Shown here: piece by piece, positions 43,948 through 56,315 of the stretch
Position numbering within the stretch: position 1 is the stretch's first letter
How the letters are laid out: the number at the start of each line of letters is the position of its first letter
Source of the DNA: Mycobacterium sp.
GTDB taxonomy: Bacteria; Actinomycetota; Actinomycetes; Mycobacteriales; Mycobacteriaceae
Length of the DNA: 60,592 bases
Assembly (NCBI RefSeq): GCF_039583805.1
Contig: NZ_JAVKSH010000002.1
Coordinates: forward strand, 1 to 60,592
Direction of reading: 5' to 3'
The notes under the pieces: generated by a model
Database searches by the model: none
What the model was told of the DNA's origin: nothing
The model's input: only the letters and a program-made list of their open reading frames with translations
Program-made: the position numbers and the translations under genes

Positions 43948-45978
43948 TCACGGCCCGGTAGCCGGCATGCCGGTGTAGGGCGGTCCGCCCCCCTCCGGCA
44001 TCTCCAGGCCGCAGCGCAGGAGCTCGTAGCGCGGGACCCGGTCGATGCGGTACCGGGTGAACTGGTAGGCATGCAGCACGTTGGAGACGAACCGGTGCAC
44101 AGTCATCGGCCCGCGAACGGAATTGAGCACCGCCTGGGTCGCCGGGCAGCGCAGCGCCGCCTCGGCCTGTGCCACCCACCGCGCGTCGAGGTAGCCCGGG
44201 ACACCGGGATACCACGTGACCCACGGCCCGTCGGCGATCACCCAGTCCGGGAAGAGGTTCTTGTCGTGTCCGATCCGGCTGTGCTGCACGCGCGCGGTGT
44301 GCGCAGCCAACGGATTGGCCAGGCCGATCTGGTCGAGCACCCGCACATCCAGGCCGACATTCATGCCCACCATGCCGAGGTTGGTGAAGAACACCGCGTG
44401 CGGGCCCCTAAGGGGTGTGCCGACGGGGGGTGTGCCGGCGTGGGGTGCGCGGGCGTCGCGCCCACCGGCGGGCGCCGGCGGGGACTTGAGCGCCGGGACG
44501 AGGTCCCACTGGTTGTAGTTGCCCGACGGCAGCAGCAGGGCGCCCTCCGGGGTGTTGTTGAGCGCCACCAGGATCGCCCGCATCCGCGGATAGTCGAGGT
44601 AGTCGGCGGCCGTCAGCGGATGCGCGTGCCCGGTGGCCTGCGCGTAGAACCGCCGCTCGTCGACAATCCCCGAGTAGGTGACGCGGGTGGCGTCGTCACC
44701 CATGCCGGGCGAGGTGGCCGCCCACAGCGACCAGCCCGCGACGGCCAGCCAGAGCACGCTGACCGCCGCCGACAGCCAGTATCCGGCCTCCCGCGCGAAT
44801 CTGGTGCCGTCGGGAAAGACCACCGGCGCCACCGCCACCGGTGCCAGCATGCAGAACAGCGGCGCCAGCAGAACCCGGCCGTGCATGAAATCACCGCCTT
44901 GGCGGATCCAGTACAACCCCTGCAGCAATCCGCCCACGACGATGACGACCACGACGGCCGCGGGGCTTTGCGCCAGGCGAGCAAGCCGGCGGGCTCCGGT
45001 CGGCGGCCGGGAGCGCGTCGGGTGCCGGCGGCCGGGTGCTATCGACAGCGTCAGACCCAGCGCCGGCAGCAGCAGCGCGGGGATCCACAGCGCGTAGGGT
45101 CGGTTGAAGTTCGCCAGGTAGATCAGGCCCTGCGACCACTTGTCGCCGGCCGCGTCCTTGGCCAGCGCGGTCCCGGGGACCAGCAGCGCGTAGTAGCCCA
45201 TCCGGAACACCTGATAGGCCACCGGGAGCAGCCCGCCGGCCACCACGATCAGCACCCGCCGTCGCCAGCCCGTCGCGGCGACCAGCATGATGATCAGCGC
45301 CGGTCCTCCGACCAGCGCCAAGTCCGGGCGCACCAGCACGCTGCAGCCGGCCACGAAGGCCAGCACCCCGGTGAACACCCGACCCGACGGCCGGGTTGTG
45401 GGCGCCTGCGACCAGCACACCATCATCCACCAGAGCAGCCCCAGGTAGGCCAGCACCAGGCCGTTCTCCAGGCCGGAGGTGGCGAAGTCGCGTGCCGTCG
45501 GCAGCGCGATGTACACCAGCGCACCGGCCGGCAGCAGCACCGCGCGCCGCGCCACCAGACCGGGCGCGTACAGCCGGGCGGCGCCCAGCATGACCAGCGC
45601 GACGCCCAGCACGCTCAGCACCAGCGCGAAGGCCAGCGCGACGTACTCCATGCGCATGGGCCCGGCCAGCCAACTGCCCGCATACATCAGGTAGGTCCAC
45701 ATCGCCGAGGTGTTGGCCTCCACCCGCTCGCCCTGGTTGAACACCGGCCCGTTGCCGGCCAGCAGGTTACGCACGGTGCGCAGCACGATCAGGCCGTCGT
45801 CGGCGGTCCAGCGTCGCTGCCAGGCGCCCCACCCGAACAGCGCAGCGACGACGACGACGCTGATCCACAGGCTGATCCGGACCGTGGCGTGGTAGCGGAA
45901 CGCCACCAGGCCCGGCGGGCCGGCCTGGGTTTGGCGGGTTTTCGGCGCCGTCACGTCAGCCGAGGAGAGCCGCAACAC
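43948..45978 (-). CDS. aftB: Terminal beta(1-2) arabinofuranosyltransferase
   Basis: ADDGLIVLRTVRN, GERVE, GGDFMHGR, RIGHDK; start uncertain. Confidence 0.93.
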   Translation of the reverse strand: MLRLSSADVTAPKTRQTQAGPPGLVAFRYHATVRISLWISVVVVAALFGWGAWQRRWTADDGLIVLRTVRNLLAGNGPVFNQGERVEANTSAMWTYLMYAGSWLAGPMRMEYVALAFALVLSVLGVALVMLGAARLYAPGLVARRAVLLPAGALVYIALPTARDFATSGLENGLVLAYLGLLWWMMVCWSQAPTTRPSGRVFTGVLAFVAGCSVLVRPDLALVGGPALIIMLVAATGWRRRVLIVVAGGLLPVAYQVFRMGYYALLVPGTALAKDAAGDKWSQGLIYLANFNRPYALWIPALLLPALGLTLSIAPGRRHPTRSRPPTGARRLARLAQSPAAVVVVIVVGGLLQGLYWIRQGGDFMHGRVLLAPLFCMLAPVAVAPVVFPDGTRFAREAGYWLSAAVSVLWLAVAGWSLWAATSPGMGDDATRVTYSGIVDERRFYAQATGHAHPLTAADYLDYPRMRAILVALNNTPEGALLLPSGNYNQWDLVPALKSPPAPAGGRDARAPHAGTPPVGTPLRGPHAVFFTNLGMVGMNVGLDVRVLDQIGLANPLAAHTARVQHSRIGHDKNLFPDWVIADGPWVTWYPGVPGYLDARWVAQAEAALRCPATQAVLNSVRGPMTVHRFVSNVLHAYQFTRYRIDRVPRYELLRCGLEMPEGGGPPYTGMPATGP

Positions 45979-46870
45979 CGACGGTTCCGATCAAGGCCAC
46001 GAACAGCAGCTGCAGCACCCGGTCCCGCAGCGCGATGTCCTCGGGTTCGCCGGCCAGCCCGCCGTCGACGTCCACCGCGTAGCGCAGGATCGCGAGGGTG
46101 AACGGCACCATCGACACCGCGAACCAGCCCGCCCTGCCCTGGTCGCGCTCGAAGGCCCACAGCCCGTAGCACACCACCAGCGCGGTGGCCGACATCGTCC
46201 AGACGAACCGCAGATAGGTGCTGGTGTAGCTTTCCAGCGACTTGCGGATCTTGGCGCCGGTGCGCTCGGCCAGCTGCAGCTCGGCGTAGCGCTTGCCGGC
46301 CACCATGAACAGCGACCCGAACGCCATCATCAACAAAAACCACTGCGACAGATAGATACCCGCGGCTACACCGCCGGCGATCGCCCGGAGTAAAAACCCC
46401 GACGAGACGATGCAGATGTCGATCACCGCTTGGTGTTTGAGCCCGTAGCAGTACGCCAGTTGCATGCCGAGGTAGACCGCCATCACCACCGCGAGGCTCG
46501 GGGTCAGCCACCAGGCGATGAGCAGCGAGGCCGCCCCGAGCACCGCCGACAGGCTGTAGGCCAGCCACTCGGGCACCACGCCTGAGGCGATCGGCCGGAA
46601 CCGCTTGGTGGGGTGCTCGCGGTCGGCCTCGACGTCACGGACGTCGTTGATCAGGTATACCGACGACGCCGCCAGGCAGAACACCACGAACGCGACGCCC
46701 ACCTTGCCCAGCACGTCGACGTAGTCGTAGTGCACGTCGGTGCCCAACGCGGCCAGTGGCGCGGCCAGCACCAGCACGTTCTTCACCCATTGCCGCGGGC
46801 GCATGGCCTTGACCAGACCGACGACCAGGTTTGCCGGAGGTCCGGTCACCGGCACCACGTCCTCACTCAT
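45956..46870 (-). CDS. ubiA: Decaprenyl-phosphate phosphoribosyltransferase
   Basis: RPRQWVKN, YLINDVRDVEADREHPTKRFRP; start at MSEDVV. Confidence 0.95.
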   Translation of the reverse strand: MSEDVVPVTGPPANLVVGLVKAMRPRQWVKNVLVLAAPLAALGTDVHYDYVDVLGKVGVAFVVFCLAASSVYLINDVRDVEADREHPTKRFRPIASGVVPEWLAYSLSAVLGAASLLIAWWLTPSLAVVMAVYLGMQLAYCYGLKHQAVIDICIVSSGFLLRAIAGGVAAGIYLSQWFLLMMAFGSLFMVAGKRYAELQLAERTGAKIRKSLESYTSTYLRFVWTMSATALVVCYGLWAFERDQGRAGWFAVSMVPFTLAILRYAVDVDGGLAGEPEDIALRDRVLQLLFVALIGTVGVAALLG

Positions 46871-47457
46871 TCGGCACACCTTTGAATCGCGTGTCACGGC
46901 TGAATCGCGTGTCGCTGCTGAATCGTGCGTCACGGCTGAATCGTGCGTCACGGCGGTTGTCGAGCCGCCCGGCCAGAGCCGCCACCGCCGCGCCGACGGC
47001 CAGGCCCGCGGCCACGTCGCTGGGATAGTGCACGCCGAGCAGCATCCGCGACAACGCCATCGGCGGCACCAGCATGACAGGCAGCCGGGTTCCGGTCACG
47101 CGGGTCAGCAGGACGGCCGCCGCCGTGGTCGACGTGGCGTGCGCCGACGGGAAGCTCAGCCGGCTCGGTGTGCCGACGTGCACCACGACCGCCGGGTGGT
47201 GCGGACGCGGCCGGCGCGCCAGGCGTTTGATCAGGACGGCGGCGGCGTGCGCGGCGAACGCCCCGGCTCCGGCGGTCAGCCAGGCCCTCGCGCGCTGCGG
47301 CTGCAGAATCGCGCCCAGCGCCGACACCGCCAACCAGCCGATGCTGTGCTCGCCGAAGTACGACAGCGCGCGCGCCGCGGCCAGCATCCCCGGGCGTGCG
47401 GCCAGCGCCGACTGGATCGCCACCAAGGCGGCGACTTCGCCACGCGGCGGCGGCGAC

Positions 47458-47465
<8 letters not shown>
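46863..47465 (-). CDS. PAP2 phosphatase (Rv3807c-like)
   Basis: KRLARRPRP, SFPSAH, SRMLLGVHYPSDV. Confidence 0.92.
46883..46954. repeat. 18-bp in-frame repeat x4 in the PAP2 C-terminus (RDARFS)
   Basis: TGAATCGYGYGTCACGGC units. Confidence 0.9.
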
Positions 47466-50732
<3,267 letters not shown>

Positions 50733-50858
50733 TCACTCTAGTCACATCAGTCACACCCGTACCATCGACTACGTGATCTGATTTCACGCCGTCAGGCACC
50801 ATGTCGCGCTACACCGGCATGACTTCGAGAACATACACCCCAGATAGAGGAGACTTCC

Positions 50859-51659
50859 GTGCCGAACCGACGTCGACGCAGGCTCTCGACAGCCATGAGC
50901 GCGATCGCCGCTCTGGCGGTCGCGAGTCCGTTTGCTTACGTTGCCGCGTGCCAGGTGGCCACCGACTTGGCCAGCGACACCACACCCACCGTCGAACACC
51001 GCGAATTCGTCAGCGCGACGCTGGCCACCGACCTGCCCGGCGAACTGATCGCCGCCCTGTCTCAGGGGTTGTCGCAGTTCGGCATCAACCTGCCGCCCGT
51101 GCCGAGCCTGTCGGGTTCGACGTCGGCGTCCAGCCCCGGCCTGACTTCACCGGGCCTGACCACACCGGGCCTGACTTCACCGGGCCTGACTTCACCGGGC
51201 CTGACTTCACCGGGCCTGACTTCACCGGGCCTGACTTCACCGGGCCTGGCCAACCCGGGCCTGGCCAACCCGGCACTGACCAGCCCGTCGGCGACGACAC
51301 CGGGCTTGACCAGCCCTGCCGGCGGCGACCCAACCCTGATCAACCCGGACGCCGGCCTGCCAGCCGCTGGCGAGGTGCCGATCAGCGCACCGATCGGCCT
51401 CGACCCCGGCGTTGGCGGGACCTACCCGATCCTCGGCGATCCGTCGCTGGGTGCCGGGTCGGCGGCATCGACGCCGGCCAGCGGCGGGCTTGTCAACGAT
51501 CTGCTGAACACGGCCAACCAACTGGGTGCCGGTCAGGCCATCGACCTGCTCAAAGGCCTTCTGATGCCGTCGATCACGCAGGCGGTGCAGAACGCGAACC
51601 CGGCGGCGGCTGCGGCGGCGGCTGCACCGGAGGACATACCGCCGGCTCCGGCCGCCTGA
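50859..51659 (+). CDS. erp: Exported repetitive protein Erp/PirG
   Basis: MPNRRRRRLSTAMSA signal, PGLTS repeats, GTYPILGDP; AGGAG RBS. Confidence 0.95.
   Translation: MPNRRRRRLSTAMSAIAALAVASPFAYVAACQVATDLASDTTPTVEHREFVSATLATDLPGELIAALSQGLSQFGINLPPVPSLSGSTSASSPGLTSPGLTTPGLTSPGLTSPGLTSPGLTSPGLTSPGLANPGLANPALTSPSATTPGLTSPAGGDPTLINPDAGLPAAGEVPISAPIGLDPGVGGTYPILGDPSLGAGSAASTPASGGLVNDLLNTANQLGAGQAIDLLKGLLMPSITQAVQNANPAAAAAAAAPEDIPPAPAA
51135..51314 (+). repeat. 15-bp PGLTS coding repeat array
   Basis: 7 PGLT(S/T), 2 PGLAN, PALTS, PSATT, PGLTS. Confidence 0.95.
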
Positions 51660-51865
51660 CGCGAGGCCTGCAGGGGCCGCGACGGCCGAACGGGACTTGT
51701 CACCCAAACGGCACCGCAGACGTGGGGAGCGGCCAAGCCAGGCGCCGCCCGAATCTCTGCGGTGCCGTTGCCGTGCGCGACTCAGTTCAGTCGCAGCTGC
51801 GTTTAGTCGGCAGCCGCTGCGTGTCGGCACAACTGTATCAATAGCCACACAAGTAACATCGGCTC

Positions 51866-53476
51866 GTGTCGACCCGCCGCCCTGCGCCGACGATGCTGTT
51901 CACCGCTATCACGGCGACCGTCGTGATCCTGCCGTGCGCGCTCACCTCGGCCCCGGCACGTCACGTCCGGCCACCGGCCTCGGATGCGACGCGGGTCACC
52001 GAAAAACCCCTGACCGGTCTCGGCGGCGGAACGACCATTCGTGAGGTCAGCCAGTCCACGCCGTTCTCCATGGTCGCGGTCACCGGCGGCGACCTCACCG
52101 GCACTTCCGCGAGGGTCCGCGCGCAACGCGCCGACGGCTCCTGGGGCCCCTGGCGCGACGCCGAGACCCTGGATGCGGCCGGCCGCGACGGCGGTGTCCG
52201 CGGTACCGACCCGGTGTTCGTCGGCAGCACCACGACCGTGCAGATCGCGATCAGCCGCCCAGCCGGCGCGCCGGTCACCACGTCTGCGCCCGCCGAAGCA
52301 CCGGCGGCGCCCAGCCTGGGGTACGTCCCGGCGACCGTCGAACGGGCGCTGCCGCAGATCTCCGCGGTGCTGATCTCCCCGCCGCGGGCACCGGCGGACA
52401 TCCAATGGTCGCCGCCCACCGCCATCATCGCCCCCGGCCAGCCGCCCAACATCGTCAGCCGGGCGCAGTGGGGCGCCGACGACACCGTCCGCTGCCACAG
52501 TCGGCCGGACCGCGAACAGCTCCGCGCCGGCGTGGTGCATCACACCGCGGAAACCAACGACTACGAGCCGCAAGACTCGGCGACGATCGTGCAGTCGATC
52601 TACGCCTACCACACCCGAATGCTGGGCTGGTGCGACATCGGGTACAACGCGCTGGTCGACAAGTACGGCCAGGTGTTCGAGGGACGGGCCGGCGGCCTCA
52701 CCGGACCGGTCTACGGCGACCACGCGGGGGGGTTCAATCGCGACACCTGGGGGGTCGCGATGATCGGCAATTTCGACGACGTGCCGCCGACGCCGATCCA
52801 GCTGAACACCGTCGGCCGGCTGCTCGGTTGGCGGCTGGGCCTGGACGCGGTCGATCCGCACGCGACGGTGACGCTGACCTCGGCCGGCGGCGCCAACACG
52901 CATTTCCCGGCCGGTGCCACACCCACGCTGCCGACCATCTTCAGCCACCGCGACGTCGGCAACACCGACTGCCCGGGGCAGCTCGGCTACGGCCTGATGG
53001 ACGAGATCCGCGACATCGCCGCCCGGTTCGACCAGCCGCCGGGACCCGACGAGATGGCGGCCGCGCTGCAAGGTGGCGCGATCTACGACCGCTGGCAGCA
53101 GATGGGCGGCATGAACAGCACGCTGGGCGCCCCGACGTCGACGGAGGTCGCCGGCGTCGGCACGGCCCGCTACGCAAACTTCACCAACGGAGCCATGTAC
53201 TGGTCGCCGGAAACCGGCGCCGAACCGGTCGTCGGAGCGATCTACCAGGCCTGGGCGGCCCTGGGATACGAGCGCGGCGCCCTGGGCCTGCCGACGAGTG
53301 CCGAAATGCAGGAACCCCTGTGGGTGAAGCAGAATTTCACGCACGGCACCCTCAACTTCGACCTGGAAAGCGGCCACGTCGTCCGGGTCTTCGACGGAGT
53401 CGCCGAAGAACTGCCGCCACCGTCCGCCGAAGATCCACCCGAGCTGCTCGAGCGCTTCTCGACCCCGACCGGCTGA
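51866..53476 (+). CDS. PGRP/Amidase_2 N-acetylmuramoyl-L-alanine amidase with LGFP repeats (Rv3811-like)
   Basis: VVHHTA, WCDIGYN, FEGR, HRDVGNTDCPG; LGAPTS and LGLPTS repeats. Confidence 0.9.
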   Translation: MSTRRPAPTMLFTAITATVVILPCALTSAPARHVRPPASDATRVTEKPLTGLGGGTTIREVSQSTPFSMVAVTGGDLTGTSARVRAQRADGSWGPWRDAETLDAAGRDGGVRGTDPVFVGSTTTVQIAISRPAGAPVTTSAPAEAPAAPSLGYVPATVERALPQISAVLISPPRAPADIQWSPPTAIIAPGQPPNIVSRAQWGADDTVRCHSRPDREQLRAGVVHHTAETNDYEPQDSATIVQSIYAYHTRMLGWCDIGYNALVDKYGQVFEGRAGGLTGPVYGDHAGGFNRDTWGVAMIGNFDDVPPTPIQLNTVGRLLGWRLGLDAVDPHATVTLTSAGGANTHFPAGATPTLPTIFSHRDVGNTDCPGQLGYGLMDEIRDIAARFDQPPGPDEMAAALQGGAIYDRWQQMGGMNSTLGAPTSTEVAGVGTARYANFTNGAMYWSPETGAEPVVGAIYQAWAALGYERGALGLPTSAEMQEPLWVKQNFTHGTLNFDLESGHVVRVFDGVAEELPPPSAEDPPELLERFSTPTG

Positions 53477-53507
53477 CCCGGCGCCGTGCGCGCGCCGCGA
53501 TAGCGGC

Positions 53508-54323
53508 TCAGAGCCACCAGCGTTCCAGCACCCGGGCCACCCCGTCGTCGGTGTTGGTCGTGGTCACTTCGTCGGCCGCGGCCACCACGTCGGGATGGGC
53601 GTTGCCCATCGCCACCCCGTGACCGGCATACAGCAACATCGGCACGTCGTTGGGCATGTCGCCGAACGCGACCACGTCGGCGGCGACGATGCCCAGCGGA
53701 CCGGCGATCTCGTCGATCCCGGTAGCCTTGCTGACGCCGCGCGGCACGACCTCGATCAGACCGTTGTCGGTGGAGTAGGTGATGTCACCCCCGCGGCGGA
53801 CGTGTTTGCCCAGCTCGGCGGCCATGTCGCCGCTGCGGGCGCCGGACTTGCGGATCAGCAGCTTGATGGCCGGCGCGCTGAGCAGGTCGGCGATGGACAC
53901 CTCGGTGTTGTCGGGGTTCAGCCACGCGTGCTCGTAACCCGGTGAGCTGACGAACTGCGGCGTCGCGGTGTCGTGCGCGCTGGCCCCGATCCGCTCGACC
54001 GCCAGGCCGGCGCCCGGGATGACTCGGGTCGCGGCCTCCGCCAGCTCCGCGAGCGTGTCGACCGACAGGGTGTGGGCCGCGACCACGTGGTCGGCGGCGG
54101 CGTCGTAGATGACGGCGCCGTTGGCGCATACCGCCATCGGCGCGAACCCCAGCGCATCGACGACCGGCCGCACCCACCGCGGCGGCCGCCCGGTGGCCAG
54201 AATGAACCGGGCTCCGGCGGTGACGGCGGCGCGCACGATGTGGCGGGTGCGCGGGGTGATGGTGTCGTCGTCAGCGAGCAGAGTGCCGTCCACGTCGCAG
54301 GCGATCAGCGCCGGCAAGGTCAC
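53508..54323 (-). CDS. Cof-type HAD phosphatase (Rv3813c-like)
   Basis: DVDGT, ATGR, SK, FGDMPND. Confidence 0.92.
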   Translation of the reverse strand: MTLPALIACDVDGTLLADDDTITPRTRHIVRAAVTAGARFILATGRPPRWVRPVVDALGFAPMAVCANGAVIYDAAADHVVAAHTLSVDTLAELAEAATRVIPGAGLAVERIGASAHDTATPQFVSSPGYEHAWLNPDNTEVSIADLLSAPAIKLLIRKSGARSGDMAAELGKHVRRGGDITYSTDNGLIEVVPRGVSKATGIDEIAGPLGIVAADVVAFGDMPNDVPMLLYAGHGVAMGNAHPDVVAAADEVTTTNTDDGVARVLERWWL

Positions 54324-54345
54324 GGAGACGCGCTGCCCTGGAGCG

Positions 54346-54486
54346 TCACCCGGCGGCGCCCTGTTCGCGGGCCCGGCCGGCCGGTTCGCCGGCCGTGCGC
54401 TGCTCGACGCCCATCGCGTCCGCACCGGACCCCGCGACCAGCGGCGCAACGATGGCCTCCGTCATCCGCAAGAACAGCTCGGCCAC
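54346..54486 (-). pseudogene. Internally deleted third acyltransferase (Rv3814c-like remnant)
   Basis: RBS, then GTG MAELFLRMTEAIVAPLVAG resembling the Rv3814c N-terminus, fused to a short GEPAGRAR tail; at the syntenic position; no catalytic core. Confidence 0.6.
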
Positions 54487-54597
54487 GCTCGTCGTCCCTT
54501 TCTTCTGCCCAACTCCGCCTGCTGGCCGACTCCACCCGGTTGCCGACCGGGGCCCCGCCCCGGCGTCGCGCGCCGGTGACGGCGTGTGCGCACCGTT

Positions 54598-55347
54598 TCA
54601 CGGACCGTGGGCCGTGCGCCGGCGGGCCCGCTCGGCGACCTCAGCCTCCTCAAGTGCTGTGGCTTCCGCCATCGTAGGTGCGCCGCCGCCGAGCCGCCGC
54701 GGCACCCAGTAGGCACCCGCGGGATGCGGGTAGGCCTCCTGGACCCGGTGCAGCACCGCCGACATCTCCTCCCGCAGCCGGGTTTCCAGCGCGTCGACGT
54801 CCCCGGACGGCGGCAACTGCGGACCGGCGGCCACCGTGATCGGGATCTTCGCGCGGCCGAGGTTTCGGGGGTGGTCTTTCGTCCAGATGCGGTGCGCGCC
54901 CCACACGATCAGGGGAACGATCGGCACCCGGGCCTCCAGCGCCATCCGGGCCGCCCCGGTCTTGAATTCCTTGAGCTCGAAGCTGCGGCTGATCGTCGCC
55001 TCCGGGTAGACGCCGACGATCTCGCCCTCACACAGTCGCTGGACGGCCACCTGGTAGGCGCGGGCACCGGACCCCCGGTTCACCGGAATGGTCTTGGTAT
55101 GCCTGATCAGGAAGTTCACCGGCTTCACCTGTTGCATTTCGGCCTTGATCATGAACCGCATACGGCGCCCTCGGCGATGCATCGCCAGCCCGGCGGGCAG
55201 AAAGTCGACGTAGCTGGTGTGGTTGACGGCGATCACGGCGCCGCCATGGCCCGGAATGTGGTGCAACCCCAGATAGGTGATCCGGCTGCCCACAGCCTTG
55301 ACCACGAGTTGTGCGGTGATCTCCAGCGCACGGAAGACCGGCTCCAC
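54598..55347 (-). CDS. PlsC-family acyltransferase (Rv3815c-like)
   Basis: NHTSYVD, YPEATISRS. Confidence 0.9.
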   Translation of the reverse strand: MEPVFRALEITAQLVVKAVGSRITYLGLHHIPGHGGAVIAVNHTSYVDFLPAGLAMHRRGRRMRFMIKAEMQQVKPVNFLIRHTKTIPVNRGSGARAYQVAVQRLCEGEIVGVYPEATISRSFELKEFKTGAARMALEARVPIVPLIVWGAHRIWTKDHPRNLGRAKIPITVAAGPQLPPSGDVDALETRLREEMSAVLHRVQEAYPHPAGAYWVPRRLGGGAPTMAEATALEEAEVAERARRRTAHGP

Positions 55348-55352
55348 GGCGG

Positions 55353-56135
55353 CTACTCCGGTGGGCCTGCCGAATCGGTTCGCCGGCGGGCCGCGCGGGC
55401 GGCCGCGCGGCGGTCGGCTTCCTCGGCGTCCAGCCGGGCGGCCTGCGCCGGCGACGGTGCCCCGCCCCCGAGCCGGTGCGGCACCCAGAACTCGCCGGCC
55501 GGGTGCGGCCCGTAACTGTCCTGCACCCGTTCCAGCAGATGCTGCATCCGGGAGTGCAGCAGCGCCGTCAGCTCCGGCGCGGGCAGCGTCGGCGGAATCG
55601 GGTCGCCGACCGCCACCGCGATCGGTACCTTCGGGCGCCACAGCTTCTTGGGGTGATCCTTGGTCCAGATCCGCTGGGCGCCCCACACGATATGCGGGAT
55701 TATCGGCACACCGGCTGCGATCGCCATCCGGGCCGCGCCGGACTTGAACTCCTTGATCTCGAAGCTGCGGCTGATCGTCGCCTCCGGGTAGACGCCGACC
55801 AGCTCACCGGCGATGAGCATCGCGACGGCCGCGTCGAACGATGCCGCACCGCTGCCGCGATCCACCGGGATGTGCCGCAGGCTGCGCATGATCGGTCCGG
55901 TGATCTTGTGGTCGAACACCTCCTGCTTGGCCATGAACCGCACTTTGCGCCCAAGACCCTGCTGGTAGGCGGGCAATCCGGCGAACGTGAAGTCGAAGTA
56001 GCTGGTGTGGTTGATCGCGACGACGGCGCCGCCCTGCGTCGGAAGGTGCTCCACCCCGGTGACGGTGAACCGCAGGCCCTGCAACCGCCAGGCCAGTCGA
56101 GCGAGCTTGATGGCGGTCGCGTATGCGGGTTCCAC
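55353..56135 (-). CDS. plsM: PlsC-family acyltransferase (Rv3816c/PlsM-like)
   Basis: NHTSYFD, FMAK, YPEATISRS; symbol assigned by synteny. Confidence 0.85.
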   Translation of the reverse strand: MEPAYATAIKLARLAWRLQGLRFTVTGVEHLPTQGGAVVAINHTSYFDFTFAGLPAYQQGLGRKVRFMAKQEVFDHKITGPIMRSLRHIPVDRGSGAASFDAAVAMLIAGELVGVYPEATISRSFEIKEFKSGAARMAIAAGVPIIPHIVWGAQRIWTKDHPKKLWRPKVPIAVAVGDPIPPTLPAPELTALLHSRMQHLLERVQDSYGPHPAGEFWVPHRLGGGAPSPAQAARLDAEEADRRAAARAARRRTDSAGPPE

Positions 56136-56315
56136 GGCATAAACCCTAGTGTCGAACGCCGACTCCGGGAGCAGCCGGACAGAATCGTCGACCTCAGAGT
56201 TCCCGCAGCCGGGCCTACCACGGCCGAGCCCGCTGCGGCACGGCGAAGACGCCGCGCCGGCCCGCTAGGCTCGGGGAGACGTCGGCGTCTTCGTACGAGC
56301 TACCGAGGGTCATAC

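Noticed and set aside
43931-43951. GTGACAAAAA-A-TTTTCGTCAC palindrome at the aftB stop, sharing half-sites with the TetR operator
   Set aside because: The half-sites are in the opposite orientation; a weak hairpin or chance match is equally likely.
51135-51314. Regular 15-bp array as a possible CRISPR
   Set aside because: No unique spacers and no cas genes; it is the known PGLTS coding repeat of Erp.
56136-56315. Possible remnant of the Rv3817 phosphotransferase
   Set aside because: Only a few weakly similar codons (PDRI, GEDA..R*); not supportable without alignment.
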